From an uncultured Bdellovibrionales bacterium (lineage in GTDB: Bacteria; Patescibacteriota; Minisyncoccia; Moranbacterales; DUUL01): DNA of 64,000 nt. A program made the translations under genes and the position numbers. Below, piece after piece: positions 54,387-62,142 of this stretch (positions are counted from its first letter, which is position 1; each line of letters starts with the position of its first letter). A model generated the notes under the pieces. That model saw only the letters and a list, made by a program, of their open reading frames with translations, ran no database searches and was not told where the DNA came from. The DNA lies in contig CAYFUG010000004.1 in NCBI GenBank assembly GCA_964346295.1, forward strand, positions 532 through 64,531, in the 5' to 3' direction.

Positions 54387-55868
54387 ATGGAAAAACCGAA
54401 AATTCACTTGGGGTCACTGGAAGAGTATCGAACTTCCGTCCTTAAGTATCTAGAATGGATGTTAAGCCGCTACTATCAAGGTCAAGATTTGAGCAAAATT
54501 TCTCTAGAGGAAATTGAAAAAGATTCCCTGGAGATCAATGCTTATGAAAATTTCTCTCATCTTAAGCCGATTGATGAGAAGGCAGTGACTATTTTAGATG
54601 ACGAACGAATCAATACTAAGTGGGCTGAGAAGGCAGTTTTGGAGGGCAAGATTCTTTGGGAGCATACGGCAGCTGGTGAGGCCACTCGTTTGGGATTGGG
54701 CACCAAGTACCTTCTTAATTTAAGTCGTTTTTCTCTAGACGAGGTGATTTTTCATATGAAAAAGGAAGCTCAGAAAGAGCTATCCAAGCAAGAACTTTCG
54801 GAATCAGAAAAGGAGGAGCGGCTCAAGAATATTGAGAAGCAAATTGATCGGGATCAGGTTTTAGCTCAGATGGGCGGTGACCCCAGCGAACTGGGAGAAA
54901 TTTCCTTGGGTAATCGGCATATGTTTCAATTGGCTTTCGACATTAAAAAGCTGGCTCAAAATAACGGAGTTGATCCAGGGGAGGCACTTGCCAAGCAGAA
55001 AAATTTAATAATTCTCAATGAGCAAACCGCCGAAGAAATCATCGAAGAGTTCAAGCGCTTCAACTTCTTTGGCTTTGAACCGGAGAATATTTATTTTATG
55101 GTTCAGCGAGCTTTTCACGGGATTTATTTAAGAGAAGGAGGTCTCTTTTTTGATATCACCACTGAACGTAATAAGCGTTTGCATAATCATGGCCAGATGA
55201 TCATGCAAAAAACTCACGACGAAATGATTTTTCAGGTTGATCGCAATAATTTGCGCAATCGTAAGTTTCTTTTTAGCCAGGAGCTTGAAGATCTTTTAGC
55301 TCAGCACAAAGATTTATTGTCCTATAATGTAGAAGATCTAGCCTACCTTAATAGTGCGATTGATCTGCCTAGTTTAGCTTTGGCGCTTGAGTTAAAAGAT
55401 CAAGGTTACAATATGACCATGGAAATTGTGGCTAATAATCCTATTAAGCCACAAAAAGGAGGAGCCTGCTTTTACGATTCTAAGTTGAAGCGAGTAGTGA
55501 TGATTGAGTCCAATCAGCTTAAGGACATTAAAAACGAAGAAATTAAGCACCTTAATAAAAATTTTAATCACTATGTTGATCCAGTAGTAGCGTTTCGGGC
55601 AGTTAGAGAACAAGGACTGCCGCTTAGCTTTGATGTTAAAGCGGCTTTTAATCAAAGCGGAGAAGCTCAAAAATATATCTATCCTTGTCCGGTCCAAGGA
55701 GATGTCAATTTTTTGGTTAAAACCGCTTTTGTGATGCGCAAGAATATCAAGCCAATTTCTAACTGGAAGTCTCCCGCTACTACTCCGGCTGCTGTTAAGG
55801 CGATGTTGGATCAAGACGCTCAAGAAGGCTTCTTGGATTTGGTAGAGAAGGTTCAGAATGGGAAGTAA
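54387..55868 (+). CDS. Putative UDPGP-family sugar-1-phosphate nucleotidyltransferase-like protein
   Basis: TAAGEATRLGLGTKY resembles the (L)xGGxGTRLG loop of UDPGP/UAP enzymes. The CDS is solid; the function is tentative. Confidence 0.5.
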   Translation: MEKPKIHLGSLEEYRTSVLKYLEWMLSRYYQGQDLSKISLEEIEKDSLEINAYENFSHLKPIDEKAVTILDDERINTKWAEKAVLEGKILWEHTAAGEATRLGLGTKYLLNLSRFSLDEVIFHMKKEAQKELSKQELSESEKEERLKNIEKQIDRDQVLAQMGGDPSELGEISLGNRHMFQLAFDIKKLAQNNGVDPGEALAKQKNLIILNEQTAEEIIEEFKRFNFFGFEPENIYFMVQRAFHGIYLREGGLFFDITTERNKRLHNHGQMIMQKTHDEMIFQVDRNNLRNRKFLFSQELEDLLAQHKDLLSYNVEDLAYLNSAIDLPSLALALELKDQGYNMTMEIVANNPIKPQKGGACFYDSKLKRVVMIESNQLKDIKNEEIKHLNKNFNHYVDPVVAFRAVREQGLPLSFDVKAAFNQSGEAQKYIYPCPVQGDVNFLVKTAFVMRKNIKPISNWKSPATTPAAVKAMLDQDAQEGFLDLVEKVQNGK

Positions 55869-55944
55869 GGAGTTTTAAATTTTGAAAGGATTCGAGTGAA
55901 TTATCAAGATACTTTTTGGAAAAATTGTTTAATTTGATTTTTTT

Positions 55945-56360
55945 AAACTAAAATACTACAATTCCTAGTCGCTTGGTCTAGCTTTGTCTAGATCAAGAGG
56001 AAAGTCTGGACACCAGCCGGCTTTCAATTGGAAGCCAGTTAAAAGGGTAATCGGTAACGCCGATCGGGCTCGATGTGAGTCGAGTCAAGGGATAGCGCCG
56101 CAGAGACAATACTAGTTAATGCTCTGCATTAACGAAAGGTGAAAAGTGTCGAGGGGCTCATTTCTTCGGAATTTGAGCTACTCGACTCGGCTATTGGCGA
56201 CAATAGTTTGTGGCAAGCCCTACCCGGTGCAAGGCCGTGTCTTCTCGTAAAAGAGAGGAAGTGCCGCTAAAGTTCAGCAGTGATGTTGAATGTAGATAAA
56301 TGACTAGGCCAATTTACTTTGGTAGATTGGTACAGAATCCGGCTTATTTTATCTAGTTTT
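55945..56360 (+). ncRNA. rnpB: RNase P RNA (bacterial type A-like)
   Basis: GAGGAAAGTCTGG (55997-56009) and ACAGAATCCGGCTTA (56332-56346) form the universal P4 strands. P1 pairing is AAACTAAAATA / TATTTTATCTAGTTT. GC-rich relative to its surroundings. Confidence 0.85.
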
Positions 56361-56658
56361 CAGTTAGTAGTTTTCAGTTTTTAGGCCGCATGGAGGCAGC
56401 GCAGGTTATAGAAGCGAGTCCTTTGTAAAAATCTCGAGCGTTGTTTACAGCTTTCTTTATTAGTAGAACACCTCTATTTTTCTTCATGAGGCATTTTGTC
56501 TCCTATATAAGGCAATAAACGCCGTCATTAAAACTGGAGCGGTTTGAAATTGAAATTTAAAAATGTAAACAACGCTAAGGAATCTTACAAGTTATTTCTT
56601 ATCTTGAATTTTCTGGTGTAGTATATGCTGAGCTAAGATAGAAAATAAAATCAAAAGA

Positions 56659-57144
56659 ATGGGTCAATTTGTTTATTTTATACCCCATTTATTCCCACTG
56701 ATTGTCGGAGGGGTGGTAATTTTCTCTCTGGGACATTTTAGCTTTAAATTCTTTATGCACCTTGTGAATAGGAGGTTTTATGTAGCTCCTAGGGAAGGCT
56801 CTATTCTTGGTAAGACGGCAGCTTTCTTGTCTTTGGGATTTTTACCAATTTTTTTCTTAGTAGGAATGCTGGAGTCTAAATTGGATGGATTTTTGAATGA
56901 CCTAATGTTAAATTCTAGTATTTTTCAGCGGGGGACTTTTTTAAGAAAAGCTATCTTTTATCTAGAGCAAAGTTCACTTGCTCTGATTTTTCTAGTTGTT
57001 TATTTAATTTTTTACTCATTTTTAATCTTTCTTTCATATTCCAAAGAGTCAAATAAAAAGTGGGCCTTTCTTTCAGAAGTTGTAATTTTTATTGGGATAG
57101 GCTATTTGGGCTATTTGCTTTTAGTGGCATTTGGAGTGGGATGA
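56659..57144 (+). CDS. Integral membrane protein (hypothetical)
   Basis: Four or five hydrophobic segments. Confidence 0.55.
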   Translation: MGQFVYFIPHLFPLIVGGVVIFSLGHFSFKFFMHLVNRRFYVAPREGSILGKTAAFLSLGFLPIFFLVGMLESKLDGFLNDLMLNSSIFQRGTFLRKAIFYLEQSSLALIFLVVYLIFYSFLIFLSYSKESNKKWAFLSEVVIFIGIGYLGYLLLVAFGVG

Positions 57145-57172
57145 TTTTTTAGTTTTAATTGCTTCATTTTCT

Positions 57173-58018
57173 ATGGTTAAAAGATCTTCGGGTAAAATTA
57201 AATATGGAGTGGTTGGGGGAGTTTTTTTATTGGTTTTATTGGTGGTCTTTGTGACTAGAGGGAGCGATAAAAAACCCCTGGAGGGCTTTTGGAATTGGAC
57301 AGTGCGGCCAGTAGCAGGAGTTTTTTCGGCAGTGGGAGGTTGGTTTGGTCAAAAAACTTCGGTGGTTACTTCCATTGGGGAAGTTAAAGAGGAGAATAAC
57401 CGCTTAACGGAGGAGAATTTAAAATTAAAATTTCAATTATCTCAATTGGCTAGTATTCAGCGAGAAAACGAGGAGTTGCGGAGTTTGTTGGCCTTGGCAC
57501 CAGTGGATAAATACGATCTGGAATCAGTGCTGATTGTGGGGCGAGATGTGAATGGTCAAAGAGAGGTGGTTTATCTTAGCAAGGGCAGCAAGCAGGGCAT
57601 TCAAGAGGGGATGGGAGTAGTGGTAGGTGAGGGGGTGTTGATTGGAAAAATTTCTAAAGTTTTTGCTAATTCTTCACAAATGGAGTTTTTAGTGAGTGAT
57701 ATGCGAGTAAACGCTGAAATTGTGGAAGCGGGAGCCAAGGGTGTAGTGGTGGGCCGCTATGAAACGGCAGCGCTAATGGAGATGATTCCTCGGACAGTAG
57801 AGGTAAACAAAGGCGATGCGATTATCACTTCTGGGGTGGGAAAAACTCTCCCCAGGGGTCTTTTGATCGGTTATGTAGCGGAAGTTAAACCTTCTTCTAA
57901 CCAGCTTTTCCAAGAGGCTAGTATTGAATTTTTGGTGGATTTTCAAAAAATTCGGGGAGCGTGGGTGGTGAAAAAGGCTAAGGATGAGGAAGAGGAAGTT
58001 GACCGAGTAGAAAACTAA
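57173..58018 (+). CDS. mreC: Rod shape-determining protein MreC
   Basis: N-terminal TM, coiled coil EENNRLTEENLKLKFQLSQL...ENEELRSLL, and C-terminal beta domain (VITSGVGKTLPRGLLIGYV). Start at ATG 57173. Confidence 0.85.
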   Translation: MVKRSSGKIKYGVVGGVFLLVLLVVFVTRGSDKKPLEGFWNWTVRPVAGVFSAVGGWFGQKTSVVTSIGEVKEENNRLTEENLKLKFQLSQLASIQRENEELRSLLALAPVDKYDLESVLIVGRDVNGQREVVYLSKGSKQGIQEGMGVVVGEGVLIGKISKVFANSSQMEFLVSDMRVNAEIVEAGAKGVVVGRYETAALMEMIPRTVEVNKGDAIITSGVGKTLPRGLLIGYVAEVKPSSNQLFQEASIEFLVDFQKIRGAWVVKKAKDEEEEVDRVEN

Positions 58019-58051
58019 CTCTTTTGGCTAATATAAGGCGTTTATTGATTA

Positions 58052-58837
58052 TTAAGCTGGCAAAGTTTTCCAAAGTTGCTCAAATTGGGTGCGTTGGAGA
58101 GCGTAGATTTGAGGATCTTCGATAATGATGGAAATTAACCCGGAGGACCCGATTGCCTGGTAGGAGATTTTATTGTGATAAATTTGAATGGAAGCGCTGA
58201 AGTTAAGGGCGCTTTTTTTAATGAAACGCACTTGAGTGATGGCCTGGTAATTAGCGGGAGCAGTTCGATATTCTTCGATTATTCCGGGTTCATCAAGATC
58301 GATAATCCTTTTTTGGAGCCCCAAACGGGCTCTTTTTTGAGTGTAGCGAGCGTTGATCTTCTCATTGTTTTTGGCTAATTTCGGATCAGTGGTTCTAAAA
58401 ATAGCAGCAGAATCGATTAAAGTGAGAATTTCCGTGTCGCTGCGCAAAGTGTCCTCCAGCACTTTCTCTAGACCTTCGGAGCCCTCTAAAAAGCGAATTC
58501 CTGGTCGATTGAGGCCCAAATTGTATAAAGAAGCTAAGTTAGGCGCCATCTCTAAGAAGGCGCTTTTTTGTTGCTTAAATTCTTGCTCTTTTTGATCGAG
58601 GATTTTTTGGATTTGAGCCGGGTGTTGAGCGGAAAAACGGGCTACTTTGCCTTTTTTATCAAGCCTAAAGACTAGTTCCAGGTTCTCTAGCTCAGCCAGA
58701 ATTTTATAGGCGGCTTCTCTGGGGCGGTTGGTTTTTTGGGCAATTTCTCGGGCTCGGGTCGGTCCGTTTTGGTAGAGGAATTCCAAGATTTGGGCTTGGG
58801 AGGGGGTGAGGCCGATGCTTTGGAGAAGTTCCAGCAT
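58052..58837 (-). CDS. TrmB-family transcriptional regulator (paralog 3)
   Basis: GLTPSQAQILEFLYQNGPTRAREIAQKTNRPREAAYKILAELENLELV. Divergent from the module 3 promoter. Confidence 0.8.
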   Translation of the reverse strand: MLELLQSIGLTPSQAQILEFLYQNGPTRAREIAQKTNRPREAAYKILAELENLELVFRLDKKGKVARFSAQHPAQIQKILDQKEQEFKQQKSAFLEMAPNLASLYNLGLNRPGIRFLEGSEGLEKVLEDTLRSDTEILTLIDSAAIFRTTDPKLAKNNEKINARYTQKRARLGLQKRIIDLDEPGIIEEYRTAPANYQAITQVRFIKKSALNFSASIQIYHNKISYQAIGSSGLISIIIEDPQIYALQRTQFEQLWKTLPA

Positions 58838-58846
58838 ATTGAGAAG

Positions 58847-58964
58847 AACTTCCAGATTTGGCGAATCTCGATGTTACTCGCTGCGTTTAGTACTCACCAT
58901 ACTTCTTAGTACGCCTCCCACTAAGCCTCACTTGCACCTAGAGCTTCACTCAAATCTGAAAGTT
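58847..58964. repeat. 118-bp MITE-like palindromic element, family B
   Basis: TIRs AACTTCCAGATTTGGCGAA / TTCACTCAAATCTGAAAGTT. Core CTCACCATACTTCTTAGTACG. Confidence 0.75.
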
Positions 58965-59119
58965 TTAAAGTAAGCTGTTTATTTTGTCATGGGTAATTTT
59001 AGCACATTTATATTTTTTGTAAACTTTTAAGATTACATTTTTTAGGCTTATTTAATTATTTTATCTTTATTGAGTTATTTTTTAAAGTAACATTTTCAAT
59101 TTTAGTGTAGTTTTGATTA

Positions 59120-59148
59120 TTGACAAATATTAATTATTATGCTACAAT
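59120..59148 (+). promoter_or_regulatory. Module 3 promoter (consensus sigma70, extended -10)
   Basis: TTGACA, 17-nt spacer, TGcTACAAT. A/T-rich upstream. Followed by GTCAAGCTCAGAAAAGG (59154-59170). Confidence 0.75.
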
Positions 59149-59260
59149 GCTCTGTCAAGCTCAGAAAAGGTTCAGATTCGTGGGTTTTGATTGTTGGAAT
59201 AATTTTGAGATCCGGAAAAAGGCTTAAAAAGCTTTTCTCGGGCTCTCAAAGCAGAGCCTA

Positions 59261-59285
59261 GGTTCTTTGAAAACTTAGAAATCAG
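59261..59285 (+). promoter_or_regulatory. boxA-like antitermination motif (module 3)
   Basis: GGTTCTTTGAAAACTTAGAAATCAG. Confidence 0.6.
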
Positions 59286-59324
59286 TTACTTCGAGATTCT
59301 TACTTGGAAATTGATAAAGAGGGT

Positions 59325-59384
59325 AGTTATCAGTCTTTTGAGGCTCTAAATTGCAAAATTTGGGGCTTGAGATGACTGATAACT
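59325..59384 (+). promoter_or_regulatory. 22-bp-stem hairpin after boxA (RNase III-like or terminator-like)
   Basis: AGTTATCAGTCTTTTGAGGCTC pairs with GGGCTTGAGATGACTGATAACT (2 mismatches, several G-U pairs). Followed by TATTTTTTATTTT. Confidence 0.6.
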
Positions 59385-59420
59385 TATTTTTTATTTTCTT
59401 TTATCAACAAGGAGGATATC

Positions 59421-60554
59421 ATGAAAAAAATTTTTTTATACAGTCCGGGCGCGGATCTGCTCCTTTCCTGGGGCGCTCATTTGATCGAACGGCCTGATCT
59501 GTCAATCGAACGGGACATGCTCGCGGGCGCGATCAGCGAATGGAACCGGAACGAATTGCTGGCGGATTTCCTGGAATCCTGGCCGACCATGCTGGAAGAC
59601 GCCAACAAGGCGCAAGCGTTTTTTGAAGCTCGTCCCGTCATTCCCAATGATTTCACCGATCCTGACTGGAATGAGGCCATTGACGCCCTGCGGGCGTTCG
59701 ACCAGGTCGTTCATCTGTGGGTCGCGGTCGAAGACTTGTTCAGTGACAACGCGCCGGAAGTCATCGACGAACTGGAAGGCCGTTGTTACGACATTTCCGA
59801 ATGGCTTGACAACGCCGAATCGTTTACCAGCCTTCGTCTGGCCCCCTTGAACGAATGGCGGAAAAACCGGATTGAACGCGTCGAAGCGTCTTCCCGGTTC
59901 CTGTTTCCCTGGCTTGCCGATATGGCATGGGCCCCCGCCGACGCGCTGGAACAGCTTGAAGCCCATTGGAACGCGGTTCGGGAAAAAGGCGTTGGCGGCC
60001 TTTCATTTATCGCCGAGCCGGACCGCCTCATTTTCTGGGATTATTTAAAACGCGACATCGGGCTTCAGCAGGAAATGGAAAACCGCCGGCGGCTGGACAT
60101 CGCCATCGCCGACGCCGTGGATCAGAGCCTTCCGCTTCAACTGTTGCGGGTATACGAGAAGCATGTGCAAATATCCGACGTGCCGGAACACGTCCTTCGC
60201 CATGGACTGGCCAACGCGGCCTGCGCCGCCCTGACGGGCGACCGGCATGACGAAGCGTCCCATGAAGACCTGGGCCCCGCCCTGGAAGCGGCCATGGCGC
60301 AAAACGCTCCCATCGAGCGCGTGCTGACGACCGCCCTTTGCGGCCCCTTTCTTACCGACGCCCAGCGGCTTGCCGCGTTCAAGCGGGCCGCGATGAAGCT
60401 GGAAAAAGACGTCTCGGTGGGCGGTTTGGAGGGAATCTTCACCCAGGTGGACCTATGGATGAAAAACGAACTGACGGACGGCGATTTTGCCGACGCGATG
60501 ATGGCCGCCTGGGACCGGATGGCGGAAAACGCCATGAAAGGAGGTGATAACTGA
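59421..60554 (+). CDS. GC-rich cargo protein 3 (377 aa), unknown function
   Basis: CAAGGAGGATATC-ATG. GC3-rich. Several shadow ORFs on both strands. Confidence 0.8.
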   Translation: MKKIFLYSPGADLLLSWGAHLIERPDLSIERDMLAGAISEWNRNELLADFLESWPTMLEDANKAQAFFEARPVIPNDFTDPDWNEAIDALRAFDQVVHLWVAVEDLFSDNAPEVIDELEGRCYDISEWLDNAESFTSLRLAPLNEWRKNRIERVEASSRFLFPWLADMAWAPADALEQLEAHWNAVREKGVGGLSFIAEPDRLIFWDYLKRDIGLQQEMENRRRLDIAIADAVDQSLPLQLLRVYEKHVQISDVPEHVLRHGLANAACAALTGDRHDEASHEDLGPALEAAMAQNAPIERVLTTALCGPFLTDAQRLAAFKRAAMKLEKDVSVGGLEGIFTQVDLWMKNELTDGDFADAMMAAWDRMAENAMKGGDN

Positions 60555-60572
60555 TTTCTAGTGGTTCTTTTC

Positions 60573-60616
60573 GGATCAGGCTCGCAATGCGCGCTTGGTC
60601 CGGAATTCTGAGCTTG
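60573..60616 (+). promoter_or_regulatory. Conserved trailer element: hairpin plus CCGGAATTCTGAGCTTG
   Basis: GGATCAGGC...GCTTGGTCC hairpin. TTCTGAGCTTG (60606-60616) is the exact reverse complement of CAAGCTCAGAA at the transcript 5' end (59156-59166). Confidence 0.55.
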
Positions 60617-60672
60617 TCTGGAGCAATTTGATTGCTTTAGGCAAGTTGAGAATTCTTGAGTGATATTTTTTC

Positions 60673-60707
60673 AAACCTGGCAGATCTAAAGATAGGCCAG
60701 GTTTTTT
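60673..60707 (+). terminator. Intrinsic terminator (end of module 3)
   Basis: AAACCTGGC-loop-GCCAGGTTTTTT. Confidence 0.75.
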
Positions 60708-60813
60708 GATGGTGCTCAATTTCCCTGTCTCCCTTTGCAAAAAAAAGGGGGAGCTGGGAAATTGTTTTTTGTTTAGCTAACTGTTAAAATTAGGCTATCA
60801 ATTTCTATCAACT

Positions 60814-61050
60814 CTAGGAAGATCTTAAAAAATAAAAACTAATGTTGGGCGAAAAAATTATCGATAAAAAAAGATTTGATTCTCGTTTTTTATCCTCATG
60901 AGTGTACTTCATTGCGTCTCCTCGTTGTTCAATGATCTTGTCAATTTGCTTTTCTGATAGCTCCGGATCATCGTTTCCAGTGAATTTTGCCATCATCATT
61001 TGAAGTCTCCGCTCCTCTGTTTTTTCAGATTTTTCCAATTCCTTGCTCAT
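60814..61050 (-). CDS. Small hypothetical protein (78 aa), downstream partner of a 2-gene pair
   Basis: Its start overlaps the upstream gene's stop (ATGA). Confidence 0.4.
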   Translation of the reverse strand: MSKELEKSEKTEERRLQMMMAKFTGNDDPELSEKQIDKIIEQRGDAMKYTHEDKKRESNLFLSIIFSPNISFYFLRSS

Positions 61051-61298
61051 TGCGTTGTTTTTTGAAGGTAATTAAGCAAAAAAACGCTCCCTTTGGATTT
61101 TCTTGAGTCTTCTTCTTTTTCAAAGTAATAATCTAAAGAATCCCTCAATTCCTTTTTCAGTAAGATAGAAATCAAAAAACGAGCCTCTCTTGAAGTGATT
61201 AAACTTTCCTTTTTCGCTTCAACGATTCTATCAATTTTTAAGTCAAGTTCGTCGGAGTAGTTGTTCTTGGGACGGATTGTGATGCTAGTAGTATTCAT
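61047..61298 (-). CDS. Small protein with ribbon-helix-helix-like N-terminus (83 aa)
   Basis: SITIRPKNNYSDELDLKIDRIVEAKK...SREARFLISILL fits a beta-strand/helix/helix pattern. Tentative. Confidence 0.45.
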   Translation of the reverse strand: MNTTSITIRPKNNYSDELDLKIDRIVEAKKESLITSREARFLISILLKKELRDSLDYYFEKEEDSRKSKGSVFLLNYLQKTTQ

Positions 61299-61521
61299 TA
61301 GATTGATTTTATCTTTATGGTTTCATTTTAACTCAATTAGAGAAAAAATCAAGAAAGCAATTGAGGCAGTTAATCCTGAAGCTCCCTTCTTTAGAGATTT
61401 TTTTGTGAAAAATTTACCAGTTGCGAGAGTTGGAAAATCTTGTAAACTGAAAATGTAGTTAGCAGATTTTAATTTCCTTATCTATTCCAAACAGGCTCTA
61501 AGCCACTATTCAGATTATGTT

Positions 61522-62046
61522 ATGGGCAAGATCATTTTTTTCTTTTTATTTCTCACTTTTTTTGTCGAGTTCTCTCTTTTGGCAGCTTTTCCGGGGGATT
61601 TTTTTGCGGGAGCCGGTTTTTTCGCAGTTTTTTTGCTGGCAGTAACTCTCAAGCGAGATGAGGAGGAAAGTCTATTTTGGGCTATTTCCGGAGGTATTTT
61701 CTTGGATTATTTCTCGTCTTTGCCCTGGGGAACTAATGCCTTGGCTTTTGGATCAATAGTTTTTTTGGCTGCTTTAGTAAAACAGAAGTTGCTTTCTCAG
61801 GACCAGCGCTTTTATCAAGCTTTTGTCTTGGTGCTGGTCTTGGAGATCATCTTTTCAATCCTGATTCTTTTGTGGGGTAATTTTTTATCGTTAATCACGG
61901 GAGAGGGTTGGTTATGGCTAGGTTCTTCGGCGGGAAGTTACTTAATTTCGCAGGTGTTTTTTGCTCTTTGGGGAGGATTTTTCTACAAGATACTGTGGCT
62001 GGGAGAGAGTTATTTGGAGAAGAAAGAGAGACGGTTGATTGTCTAA
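61522..62046 (+). CDS. mreD: Rod shape-determining protein MreD (probable)
   Basis: 174-aa polytopic membrane protein directly upstream of PBP2. Size and position are typical of MreD. Confidence 0.6.
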   Translation: MGKIIFFFLFLTFFVEFSLLAAFPGDFFAGAGFFAVFLLAVTLKRDEEESLFWAISGGIFLDYFSSLPWGTNALAFGSIVFLAALVKQKLLSQDQRFYQAFVLVLVLEIIFSILILLWGNFLSLITGEGWLWLGSSAGSYLISQVFFALWGGFFYKILWLGESYLEKKERRLIV

Positions 62047-62142
62047 GACAGTCCCCAAGAAAGCTTCCGAGACAGCTTTCAGAAAAGTTTTCCAGGAATA
62101 TTTTTTAGATAGATTTTGAAATTGAAAATTAGCTCTTTTATC

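Noticed and set aside
59477-60547. Eight shadow ORFs (both strands) within the module 3 cargo gene.
   Set aside because: Same GC artefact. Only 59421-60554 has an SD plus ATG and spans the whole GC-rich block.
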